Shown here: positions 1-7,795 of the stretch, piece by piece
How the letters are laid out: every line of letters begins with the position of its first letter
Numbering within the stretch: position 1 is the stretch's first letter
DNA from: a virus
Lineage: Duplodnaviria > Heunggongvirae > Uroviricota > Caudoviricetes
IMG/VR virus record: IMGVR_UViG_2713896781_000003
Reading direction: 5' to 3' (one strand)
DNA: 16,269 nucleotides
Made by a program: the position numbers and the translations under genes
The notes under the pieces: model-generated
What the model saw: the letters and a program-made list of their open reading frames with translations, nothing else
Databases searched by the model: none
What the model was told of the DNA's origin: nothing

Positions 1-1583
1 CCACTTCCGTCAACCAGGCTTATCAGCGTGGTACCGGAGGATGGCAGCGTGATTTCACGGTCGAGCGTCAGCGTCCGGGTCTGGCTGTTCACCGCCAGCA
101 CGCGATCACCGGTGCTGATACCGGCATAGTCATCATCGCAGATTTCAATGACATCGCCCGGTACATGGCGAAGCCCTTCAGCACCCACGCTGAAATCCAC
201 GGTCTGCGTCTCCAGCAGTTCCGTTTTAATCAGCCACAGCCCGGCGCGGTGTGCCTGCCCCCGGCTGGTACAGCCAAAGGCATCCATCTTCGTGACATTA
301 CGACCGTAACGGGCAATGGCCTGCGTATCTTCAACAAGCTCTGTCGCCGTCTCCCAGCCGTTGTTCGGGTCAATCCAGTTCACCTCAACGGCATTATGGC
401 GGTCCTTCAGGGCGCTGAAGCTGTAGCGGAACGGCGCGCCATCATCCGGCATCACCACATTACTGCGGTTATAGGTCCACACCTTATCTGATGGTCGGTC
501 CTGCACGAACGTCAGCGTCTGCCCGTTCCATACCGGCATACAGCGCATCGCCGAGCAGAAATCACTGAGCACATCCCACGCCTTGCGCTGTGTGGTCAGG
601 TACGCATTACAGGTGATGCGCGGCTCCGTGCCGCCAAAGCCGTCCGGCACTGACTGGTCGCAGTACTGGCCGATGACATACAGCGCCCATTTATCCACAT
701 CCGCCGCACCAAGACGTTTCCCCATGCCGTAGCGCGGATGGGTCAGCATATCCCACAGACACCAGGCCATGTTGTTGCTGTATGCCGGTTTAAACGTTCC
801 GTCCCAGATACCGCTGTATTGCCGCGTCTGCGGGTTATAATTCGACGGCACCTGCAGAATGCGCCCGCGAAGATGATAATTACGGCTCACCTGCTGGCTG
901 CCGAACTGCTCCGAGTCCACCTGCACGCCGACCAGTGCCGTGTTCGGGTAGCACTGTTTCACATCGATGATTTCGGTGTATGACGACCAGAGCGTTTTGT
1001 TCTGCAGCTGGTCTGTGGTGCTGTCCGGCGTCATCCTGCGCATCCGGATATTAAACGGGCGCGGCGGCAGGTTATCCACCACCACCGAGGCCAGATACTG
1101 CGAGGTGGTTTTGCCCTTAATGGTGATGTCTTTTTCCGTCACCCAGCCACCGTTACGTTGTATCTGAACCAGCAGACGGACTTCCGACGGATTCCTGTCA
1201 CCCTTTGAGGTGGTTTCCACCAGTGCCTGTACACCGAAGGTAAAGCGCAGACGGTCGATGTTTGCAGACGTAATGGTGCGGGTGATCGGCGTGTCATATT
1301 TCACTTCCGTACCCAGCACCGTCTCGGAGCCGGAGGATTCAAACCCCTCCGGCGGTGACTGCTCCTGCTCACCTGCCCGGAACACCACCGTGACGCCGGA
1401 GATGTTGGTATTCCCCTCATTGTCCAGCACCGGCGTACTGTTCAGCAGCACGCTTTTTAATCCATCCACCGGACCTTCAACCGGCCCTTCACTGATGGCA
1501 TCGATCACACTCAGCAACTGCGTGGACTTCAGGTTGTCCTTCGCTTCGCGCGGGGTATGCCCCTTACTGCTGCCTTTACCCAT
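1..1583 (-). CDS. J: Tail tip / host-specificity protein J, N-terminal ~527 codons; 3' end lies beyond the window start
   Basis: Reverse-complement translation from the ATG at 1583..1581 reads MGKGSSKGHTPREAKDNLKSTQLLSVIDAISEGPVEGPVDGLKSVLLN, matching my recollection of lambda gpJ almost residue for residue. GAGG Shine-Dalgarno upstream. Not in the ORF track because it has no stop inside the window. Confidence 0.9.
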   Translation of the reverse strand, partial: MGKGSSKGHTPREAKDNLKSTQLLSVIDAISEGPVEGPVDGLKSVLLNSTPVLDNEGNTNISGVTVVFRAGEQEQSPPEGFESSGSETVLGTEVKYDTPITRTITSANIDRLRFTFGVQALVETTSKGDRNPSEVRLLVQIQRNGGWVTEKDITIKGKTTSQYLASVVVDNLPPRPFNIRMRRMTPDSTTDQLQNKTLWSSYTEIIDVKQCYPNTALVGVQVDSEQFGSQQVSRNYHLRGRILQVPSNYNPQTRQYSGIWDGTFKPAYSNNMAWCLWDMLTHPRYGMGKRLGAADVDKWALYVIGQYCDQSVPDGFGGTEPRITCNAYLTTQRKAWDVLSDFCSAMRCMPVWNGQTLTFVQDRPSDKVWTYNRSNVVMPDDGAPFRYSFSALKDRHNAVEVNWIDPNNGWETATELVEDTQAIARYGRNVTKMDAFGCTSRGQAHRAGLWLIKTELLETQTVDFSVGAEGLRHVPGDVIEICDDDYAGISTGDRVLAVNSQTRTLTLDREITLPSSGTTLISLVDGS

Positions 1584-1605
1584 TCCTCACGCTCCATAAA
1601 CGACA

Positions 1606-1625
1606 AAACCGCCCGGAGGCGGTTT
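1606..1625 (-). promoter_or_regulatory. RNA hairpin in the 60-nt I-J intergenic spacer (8-bp stem AAACCGCC/GGCGGUUU, loop UCCG)
   Basis: Perfect inverted repeat seen directly in the sequence. Followed by a U-poor tract, so probably a stabilising or processing hairpin rather than a strong terminator. Confidence 0.4.
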
Positions 1626-1643
1626 CACATAAAACGTTTTTCA

Positions 1644-2291
1644 TCAGCGACCAATCACCACAACCTGACCACCATCACCTTCATCTGCCGTGCTGATCTC
1701 CTGAGATACCACCCGGGACCCCACGCGCATTTCGCCATACAGCACCGGCAGCGAATTACCCTGTGCAACCATATTATCTAGCGAAGAAAAATAGGTGTTC
1801 TGTTTGCCGTTATCCGTGCTGGTCGCTGTGGGAGTTCTGGCTTTCGGTGCCAGCATCTGCGCCACTCCGCCCAGGACCATACTGGCCCCTGCCGCATACA
1901 TGCCCGATACAGCCGCGGCACCCAGCCAGCCCACAGGGTTCCACCATGCCACCGCAATCAGCGCCGCCCCAAGCACCACCTGAAACACACCGCCACTTTT
2001 AGCTCCCACCAGACGCGGCACGATGTGGATCACGGCACCATTTGCCAGCGGCTCATTAAGACGGGCAGACAATTCGGTTTCACCAGCATCACGCCCGGCA
2101 ATGCGTACCTGATACCAGCCGTCGCTCAGTTTCTGACGAAACGCCGGGATCTGTGTGGCCAGCGCCCGGATGGCTTCGGCCCCCGTTTTCACACGAAGGT
2201 CGATGCGGCGGCCAAATCGTTGCAAATCCCCGTAAAGGCAGATGCGTGCCATGCCCGGTGACGCCAGAGGGAGTGTGTGCGTCGCTGCCAT
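1644..2291 (-). CDS. I: Tail assembly protein I (ubiquitin-like N-terminal domain, hydrophobic central segment)
   Basis: 215-aa ORF with ATG start at 2291. Overlaps the 3' end of K by 103 nt in another frame, the arrangement I recall for lambda K/I. C-terminus ...YGEMRVGSRVVSQEISTADEGDGGQVVVIGR. Confidence 0.85.
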   Translation of the reverse strand: MAATHTLPLASPGMARICLYGDLQRFGRRIDLRVKTGAEAIRALATQIPAFRQKLSDGWYQVRIAGRDAGETELSARLNEPLANGAVIHIVPRLVGAKSGGVFQVVLGAALIAVAWWNPVGWLGAAAVSGMYAAGASMVLGGVAQMLAPKARTPTATSTDNGKQNTYFSSLDNMVAQGNSLPVLYGEMRVGSRVVSQEISTADEGDGGQVVVIGR

Positions 2292-2932
2292 TTGTCGGTA
2301 TACCTCTCTCGTTTGCTCAGTTGTTCAGGAATATGGTGCAGCAGCTCGCCGTCACCACAGTAAATGGCGGCATGATTCGGCACCGATGAACCAAAACAGC
2401 ACAGCAGCACATCGCCCGGCTGCGCCGCTGACAACGGCACCTGATACAGCCCTGTGGCCTCCAGATTATCCAGATAGAGATTCTGACCGTTACGCCACCA
2501 GTCATCCCCGCGATGAAAATCCGGCATCTCAATCCCCGCCAGATGATAAGCATCCCGAAACAGCGTGTAACAGTCCGTCACCCCGTGCTCAAAGCGACGC
2601 CCGGTGAGATGCGGCACACAGCGGAACTTGTGAATCTCACCCCGGCAGACCAGCCACCACGGCAAATCACTCTGCACCTGCAGCCGCCGGTCAGCCTCAC
2701 TCAGCCAGGGCAGACCACCGGGATGACTGTGGACCAGTGCCACAATCTCACCCTGCATCTCTGCCTGCAGCCAGTCCTCCGGAGCCATCCGGAAATAATC
2801 CTCCGGCTCACCGGAAATATTCACGCAGGGAAAATATCTTTCCCCCTCCGGCGCTCTCACCACGAAGCCGCACGACTCCGCTGGCGCACATCGCCGGGCG
2901 TGCGCCAGAATCGCTGATTCTGTCTCTGTCAT
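2189..2932 (-). CDS. K: Tail assembly protein K (MPN/JAMM metalloprotease-like domain plus NlpC/P60 cysteine peptidase domain)
   Basis: JAMM-type motifs AESCGFVV and EIVALVHSHPGGLPWLSEAD; a Cys-containing NlpC/P60-like segment HGVTDCYTLFRDAYHLAGI. Start set at the ATG at 2932, 4 nt after the L stop; the ORF-track start at 2974 would overlap L. Confidence 0.85.
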   Translation of the reverse strand: MTETESAILAHARRCAPAESCGFVVRAPEGERYFPCVNISGEPEDYFRMAPEDWLQAEMQGEIVALVHSHPGGLPWLSEADRRLQVQSDLPWWLVCRGEIHKFRCVPHLTGRRFEHGVTDCYTLFRDAYHLAGIEMPDFHRGDDWWRNGQNLYLDNLEATGLYQVPLSAAQPGDVLLCCFGSSVPNHAAIYCGDGELLHHIPEQLSKRERYTDKWQRRTHSLWRHRAWHASAFTGICNDLAAASTFV

Positions 2933-2936
2933 GGGA

Positions 2937-3635
2937 TTACTGCGAAAGTTTGTTAATGGAAAGGAAGCCGCCAAAGTTGCCGACGTTATTGCGAAATTTA
3001 CAGCCGCTCAGGCATTTGCTGCATTTATCCTTCGTGATATCGGACGTCGGCTGGTCATATTCATCCGCGACTGCCGGACCGTGATAACCGCACTCATCAC
3101 CGCGATAGGTCCAGGTGCAGGTGTTGGCCAGCATGATACGTCCTGGAAAAACAGCGCCGTCCGTTTCCGTCGGCGTGGACAGTACAAAGGAGGCACTGAC
3201 CGCGCTCAGTTCGCTGCACTGCTCGATGCGCCAGCGACTGATCACCTCCTGCTCCGGATCGGCGTCGCTGTTTCCGTTGACGAAGTTCACCGCATCCAGA
3301 AAACGGGCGTAAACCTTACGCCTGACCACCGTTCCGCCGACCAGACTCTGCATATCTTCCACCATACCGGTAACCATACCGTACAGGTTAGAAACCGTCA
3401 GTGTCGGACGGGCAGCACTGCCCTTGCCGTTCAGTTCAAATCCCGTCCCCTGAATGGGATACGCCTGATACTGTCGCCCCTGCCAGGTGACCGGCTCACT
3501 TTTTTCGTTCTGCTCATTACAGAAAAAATAACGTTCTCCACCGACCTCTGTCAGATCGATTTCCCAGAGCACCATCTGGGCTGACTGAGTGAGGCGTGTC
3601 GTCTCATGATGTGTTTCCTGTGGAATATCCTGCAT
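2937..3635 (-). CDS. L: Minor tail protein L (tail tip assembly, Cys-rich C-terminus consistent with an Fe-S site)
   Basis: 232-aa ORF, ATG at 3635 preceded by AGGAG. Sequence ...WEIDLTEVGGERYFFCNEQNE...CSKCLSGCKFRNNVGNFGGFLSINKLSQ matches my recollection of lambda gpL, which has the same length. Confidence 0.9.
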   Translation of the reverse strand: MQDIPQETHHETTRLTQSAQMVLWEIDLTEVGGERYFFCNEQNEKSEPVTWQGRQYQAYPIQGTGFELNGKGSAARPTLTVSNLYGMVTGMVEDMQSLVGGTVVRRKVYARFLDAVNFVNGNSDADPEQEVISRWRIEQCSELSAVSASFVLSTPTETDGAVFPGRIMLANTCTWTYRGDECGYHGPAVADEYDQPTSDITKDKCSKCLSGCKFRNNVGNFGGFLSINKLSQ

Positions 3636-3644
3636 CAGAGACTC

Positions 3645-3974
3645 CTATGCCACGACCTGTTCAAAATCTGCCGTTATGGTTACCCACAACGCCCCCACGC
3701 TTGCCGACCATTTACGACAAACCACCCTGATCGGCTTCCAGTCATAAGGTGGCGTCCACTGAAATGCGCGGACGCCACCGTGCCGTTCCAGAAAGGCTTT
3801 TAAAGATGGGTGTTCACATTTACGAACACGTATCGTCACGCTGTAAATCGACAACTGGTTATTCAGTCCCGCCGCACGACGCTGTTCATAACCATCGCCC
3901 AGCTTCACTGTCACCACTTTCGGCTCTGATACCACATTCATATCCGGGCGCACTTTCCAGTGAAACGTCTCCAT
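3645..3974 (-). CDS. M: Minor tail protein M
   Basis: 109-aa ORF, same length as lambda gpM and roughly half identical by eye (METFHWKVRPDM...GDGYEQR...WTPPYDWKPIRVVCRKWS...FEQVVA). Its ATG overlaps the H stop as TAATG. Confidence 0.85.
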   Translation of the reverse strand: METFHWKVRPDMNVVSEPKVVTVKLGDGYEQRRAAGLNNQLSIYSVTIRVRKCEHPSLKAFLERHGGVRAFQWTPPYDWKPIRVVCRKWSASVGALWVTITADFEQVVA

Positions 3975-6900
3975 TACCGATATGCTCCACTTAACCGACC
4001 ACCATCACGGGCCTGCTGTTGCATAAAATCCGCTGCCGCTTTTTTCCCAAGGTCATAAACCACCTTCAGGGCAGCCGGACCTATCTGCCCGTTCGTGCCA
4101 TCGTTATTGATCTCGATGTTGTACTGCGGGGCAAACATCGCCATACCTGAACCACCAATATCCGCCACAACCCCCAGCTTACCGTCAGCACCACGACGCA
4201 GTGGCAGAATGGCTTCAGGTCCAGCTTCCCCCATCACACCCGCGCCTTTTGCAAAAGCAAAAAACGTCGGACGGTTAACCACCGTGCCACTGTAACGACT
4301 CAAATCAGCAGACTGATAAATCCCCCCATTGGCATTCAGGGAAAGGCTGCTGAGATCAAATCCCAGTACACTGCCAATCCCTTTTATCGATTTCATCATG
4401 GTTGCCTGCGCCAGGATTTTCGCCATATCTGACAGCACCGAAGAGGTGAAGGATTTGAAGTTGAGTTTGCCGGTAGTGACAAAAGTTGCCAGGCCATTTC
4501 CCATGTTGCTGAAGGCTGACGAGAACACCTGTTCTGCTGTTCCTGCCGTATTGTCTGCATCCACGGTAAAATCCTGAAATGCACGCAGGACTCCGTTTTT
4601 CCAGTTACCCTGCACAACTTCAAGCTGTTGCCAGTAACGGCGATTCTCATTCAGTTGTCGGTTCAGGCTCTCCGTCAGCGCCTGCTCGGCCTTTCTGTAG
4701 TCATCCGTGTTATATGTCCCTTTCTGCTCACTATCCCGCCTCAACTGCTCCAGCTGTTGCTGGTTTTTCTGGCGAAGACTCAGTTGTACCTGATATCGCT
4801 GCCGCTGCTGATCACCCATACCCACCGTGGCGATATCCAGGTCATGTTGCTGACGCTGAGCGCGCTCTTCTTCAGCCAGTTGACTGGTCAGCTGAATTGT
4901 TTTTTTCTTCAGATCGTTGAGTGCCGTCTGTTTCTGAAGCTCCTGCTGTTTTACATCCAGCAGCATCAGTGCCTGAATCAGTTCATCTTTACGGGCCAGC
5001 ACACTCTTTTCATCTGTCGTCAGTTTTTTCCCGTCCAGATCGCTGATGCGCTGCTGCAGAGCCAGAAGCTGTTTATGCGCTTCTGTCATCTTTTCAGTGG
5101 CAATGCCTGCTGACTGTCTTGCAGCAGCAATCTGTCCTTCCACCTGTGCCTGTTGCTGACTGTACTGCAGCAATAACCGGGTGGCCTCATCATTACGGGT
5201 TTCGCGTGTTTTTTTCTTACCGGATGCCAGGGCTTTCTCGTAACGTTCATTTTCACGTTGTATCGCTGCATCCCTGACAGCCTGATCGGCGTACTGCATG
5301 GAATTAATACGCGCAATTTCACGCTGATGTCGTGCTGCTTCCGATTCATTCATCCGGTTCAGTGCAGCATTTTCAGCATTACGTCGTTTCTGTTGCTCCT
5401 GATAATTCCGCTCTGCCTGCTCTTTTGCATCCTGCAAATCCTTCTGGCGTTTTTTCTCCTGAAGATCGTTAAGACGCTGCTGATCGTATTCAACCTGAGA
5501 AGATGATGCCGTCCAGGGGAGTCTTTTCGCCCGCGACACTTTCTCCTGTAAAGCGGCAATCTGTTCATCCAGCGAGTCTTCACGACCAATATTCATGGCC
5601 GCATCCCAGAAACGACTCCACAAATCAGACAGATACTTCAGCGTACTGCCAAGCGCATTGAGGTTATTATCAATATCCGCAGTACGCCGACCGGTTTCCT
5701 CTGCCAGTGCAGACATGGCTATCCGTGCAGCATCACTGGACCGTCCCTGATCCCCAAGGACACGTATCTGCTCAAGCTGAGTGGCAGTAAGAAAATGCAG
5801 CTCATTGTCCAGAGCCTTCGCGGCATTTACAGGATCATCCTTCAGCCGCTTAAACTGACTTATGGTATCGCTGACCGACTGGCCAACCGATCGCTCCATC
5901 TGTGCGGCAGCTCTCGCCACCATACCGATATCGTTTCCACGAAATGCGCCACTCCCCACCACCTGAGCCAGCGCACCGGCTGCAGCATGTTGCGTGATAC
6001 CATTCCCGGAAATAGCACGACTGAGCGTCCACAGCTGCCCGGCAGTGACTCCGGCATAATGCCCCGTCAGCGACAACTGGCGGTTAAATTCTTCCCCCTC
6101 CTTCTGACCATCATACCAGGCTTTACCCAGACCATAGACGGCCGCGGCAATACCGCCAATAACCCCGCCCAGCATCATGCCTTTCGGTGACATCAGTGTG
6201 TCTATCCATCCGGCACGGTTAGCCAGCGTTATCCCGGATCCCCTCAGCGCACCTAAATTGCCGCGAACCAGTTCACCTATCAGAACGCCTATCTCCTGGC
6301 GGGCCGCTGCACTTTTCAGACCCAGCGAATGCGTGGCTTTTCCTGCCTGCTCCATTTTGCGGATATACACTTCTGCAGCACTGCTTACCCCCAGCTGGGC
6401 AGCCTTAGCACGAAGCAACTCAGAAGAAGAAAGATTCTGGCGGGTTGCCTGCTCTTTAAGCTGACGGATAAACGCCACTTTCTGTCGGGTAGCCTCTGCC
6501 TCAGCCTGCGTAAGAACACGGGTTTTCGCCGTAACCTCAGAAATCAGCGCCAGATAATCCTGCTGACCAATCCCGCCACTGTTTCTAGCCTGTCGGATCT
6601 GCTGCTGAATACGCTGTAATTCCTGCAGCCCCGCACTGGCCTGTTTCACACTGTCAATCTGACGATAAAACGCGGCAGCCGCTTTATCCTGAGCCTCCGC
6701 CAGAGCCATGGCCTGCGCCTGTTCCTCGCGCATTTTCTGGCTCAGTGCCTCCATACGCTGGCGGGTTTGCTCCACCTCGCGGGCCATGCGTTCATGAGCC
6801 TGTGCGCTCTTCTCCACCGTCTGCGCATGGACGGATGCGGCAGTTGCAGCCGAAGAAGCCGCCTGCATTGTCTGCCGGGCGGCCTGAGTCTGACGCTCCA

Positions 6901-7039
6901 TAAAACGCTGCATACGGGCAGAAGACCGTTCTGCATCGCTGGCTGCACCATTCAGAAGGTTTTTGATACGGGGAATTTCATTTTTAAACTCTGCCGCATC
7001 AATCCCCAAATCAATGACCAGGTTGGCTATCTGGTCCAT
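3974..7039 (-). CDS. H: Tail tape measure protein H
   Basis: About 1021 aa. Long coiled-coil Q/E/R/K-rich region and a C-terminus NNDGTNGQIGPAALKVVYDLGKKAAADFMQQQARDGGRLSGAYR that resembles the lambda gpH C-terminus. Start set to the ATG at 7039, preceded by GGAGG with an 8-nt spacer; the ORF-track start at 7069 is a TTG. Confidence 0.85.
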   Translation of the reverse strand: MDQIANLVIDLGIDAAEFKNEIPRIKNLLNGAASDAERSSARMQRFMERQTQAARQTMQAASSAATAASVHAQTVEKSAQAHERMAREVEQTRQRMEALSQKMREEQAQAMALAEAQDKAAAAFYRQIDSVKQASAGLQELQRIQQQIRQARNSGGIGQQDYLALISEVTAKTRVLTQAEAEATRQKVAFIRQLKEQATRQNLSSSELLRAKAAQLGVSSAAEVYIRKMEQAGKATHSLGLKSAAARQEIGVLIGELVRGNLGALRGSGITLANRAGWIDTLMSPKGMMLGGVIGGIAAAVYGLGKAWYDGQKEGEEFNRQLSLTGHYAGVTAGQLWTLSRAISGNGITQHAAAGALAQVVGSGAFRGNDIGMVARAAAQMERSVGQSVSDTISQFKRLKDDPVNAAKALDNELHFLTATQLEQIRVLGDQGRSSDAARIAMSALAEETGRRTADIDNNLNALGSTLKYLSDLWSRFWDAAMNIGREDSLDEQIAALQEKVSRAKRLPWTASSSQVEYDQQRLNDLQEKKRQKDLQDAKEQAERNYQEQQKRRNAENAALNRMNESEAARHQREIARINSMQYADQAVRDAAIQRENERYEKALASGKKKTRETRNDEATRLLLQYSQQQAQVEGQIAAARQSAGIATEKMTEAHKQLLALQQRISDLDGKKLTTDEKSVLARKDELIQALMLLDVKQQELQKQTALNDLKKKTIQLTSQLAEEERAQRQQHDLDIATVGMGDQQRQRYQVQLSLRQKNQQQLEQLRRDSEQKGTYNTDDYRKAEQALTESLNRQLNENRRYWQQLEVVQGNWKNGVLRAFQDFTVDADNTAGTAEQVFSSAFSNMGNGLATFVTTGKLNFKSFTSSVLSDMAKILAQATMMKSIKGIGSVLGFDLSSLSLNANGGIYQSADLSRYSGTVVNRPTFFAFAKGAGVMGEAGPEAILPLRRGADGKLGVVADIGGSGMAMFAPQYNIEINNDGTNGQIGPAALKVVYDLGKKAAADFMQQQARDGGRLSGAYR

Positions 7040-7735
7040 AACGCACACCTCCGGAAATACCTTCCCCAAGATGCATCAGTTCTTCGTCCGTTCGCTCCGG
7101 TATCCCGTTCTCTTCCGGTAAAAGGCTGAAATCAGCCACCGCAGCATCACTGCTACCGGACACCATTCTCACGATCAATGCCTTCAGCGAGGCAAACTGC
7201 GCATCCATCCACACATCACTGAAGCTCTGCATCCGGAAATAATCGCCCCACTCACCAAGCTCAGTGGCCGACATTTCCGACAGCATCCGCCGCCAGTCTG
7301 CCCGTCGGAACTCCCGGGCAAGCCGCATGACAAACTGCATTTCCCGCGTCAGGACTTTTCCGGCGTCAGCGCCTCATGCTCATCATCCCCGGCATTATCA
7401 ATGGTCCCCATACCGCTCAGCGACAGAACCATCTCCGCCCCCGCACCCAGGGCATCATACGACCATGTTGTAATAACGGATGCGCAAAGCGTCTCTACAT
7501 CCTTAGACTGATCCGCATTCCACAGTGAGCGGGAAACCAGCCAGGCATTGATATCCATCCCCATCCGCAGAAAAGCAATCTGTCGTTCAGCCTCCGGCAG
7601 TTCTCCCTCTTCGGCATCAAACTTTGCCGTTCGCTGCTGAACAAACGCCAGATATTCAATTCTCTGCAGCCCGGACAGCTCACTGAGCACCACGGACTGC
7701 TTTTCATAATTAAACGTGCCCTGTTTCAGAAACAT
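7011..7735 (-). CDS. T: Tail assembly chaperone G-T fusion, made by a programmed -1 ribosomal frameshift near the end of G
   Basis: The ORF 7011..7340 is in the -1 frame relative to G and stays open upstream to a stop at 7376..7374, so the shift must occur between about 7350 and 7373. The candidate slippery heptamer G_GAA_AAG lies at 7361..7355, two codons before the G stop. A conserved G-T frameshift is established for lambda-like tails. Confidence 0.65.
7349..7735 (-). CDS. G: Tail assembly chaperone G
   Basis: MFLKQGTFNYEKQSVVLSELSGLQRIEYLAF... resembles lambda gpG (MFLK..., ~140 aa). Start at the second of two tandem ATGs (7735), 6 nt after GGAG; 7738 is the alternative. The ORF-track start at 7777 is a TTG. 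Confidence 0.8.
   Translation of the reverse strand: MFLKQGTFNYEKQSVVLSELSGLQRIEYLAFVQQRTAKFDAEEGELPEAERQIAFLRMGMDINAWLVSRSLWNADQSKDVETLCASVITTWSYDALGAGAEMVLSLSGMGTIDNAGDDEHEALTPEKS
7355..7361 (-). other. Candidate -1 frameshift slippery site GGAAAAG (0-frame G GAA AAG)
   Basis: Seen directly in the sequence. Lys AAG to AAA slippage is well documented; the P-site GAA to GGA re-pairing would need a G-U pair, so it is weaker than the lambda G_GGA_AAG site. Confidence 0.5.
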
Positions 7736-7750
7736 CATGTTCTCCACCTG

Positions 7751-7775
7751 CAAAAAAGCCCCGGATAATCGGGGC
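7751..7775 (-). terminator. Intrinsic-terminator-like hairpin between V and G (stem GCCCCG/CGGGGC, 6-nt loop, then U6)
   Basis: On the minus strand the sequence reads GCCCCG-AUUAUC-CGGGGC-UUUUUUG, sitting in the 56-nt V-G spacer directly ahead of the G ribosome-binding site. Confidence 0.55.
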
Positions 7776-7795
7776 AAATGATGAGTATCGTCCTG

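Noticed and set aside
1210-1599. Plus-strand ORFs at 1210..1599 and 1557..1781 near the J start
   Set aside because: Antisense to J and to the I-J junction, whose translations match lambda proteins; spurious.
2931-3584. 217-aa plus-strand ORF antisense to L
   Set aside because: Overlaps the highly conserved L gene on the opposite strand; no supporting signal.
4628-5113. 161-aa plus-strand ORF, Leu/Phe/Gln-rich, inside the tape measure gene
   Set aside because: It is the antisense of the coiled-coil (Glu/Lys/Gln codon-rich) region of H. The composition is the expected artefact, and it has no independent ribosome-binding site or homology I recognise.
7011-7340. T as an independently initiated gene from the ATG at 7340 (MQFVMRL...)
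   Set aside because: In lambda-like tails T is made only as the G-T frameshift fusion. The T frame is open upstream of this ATG back into the end of G, and no ribosome-binding site precedes 7340.
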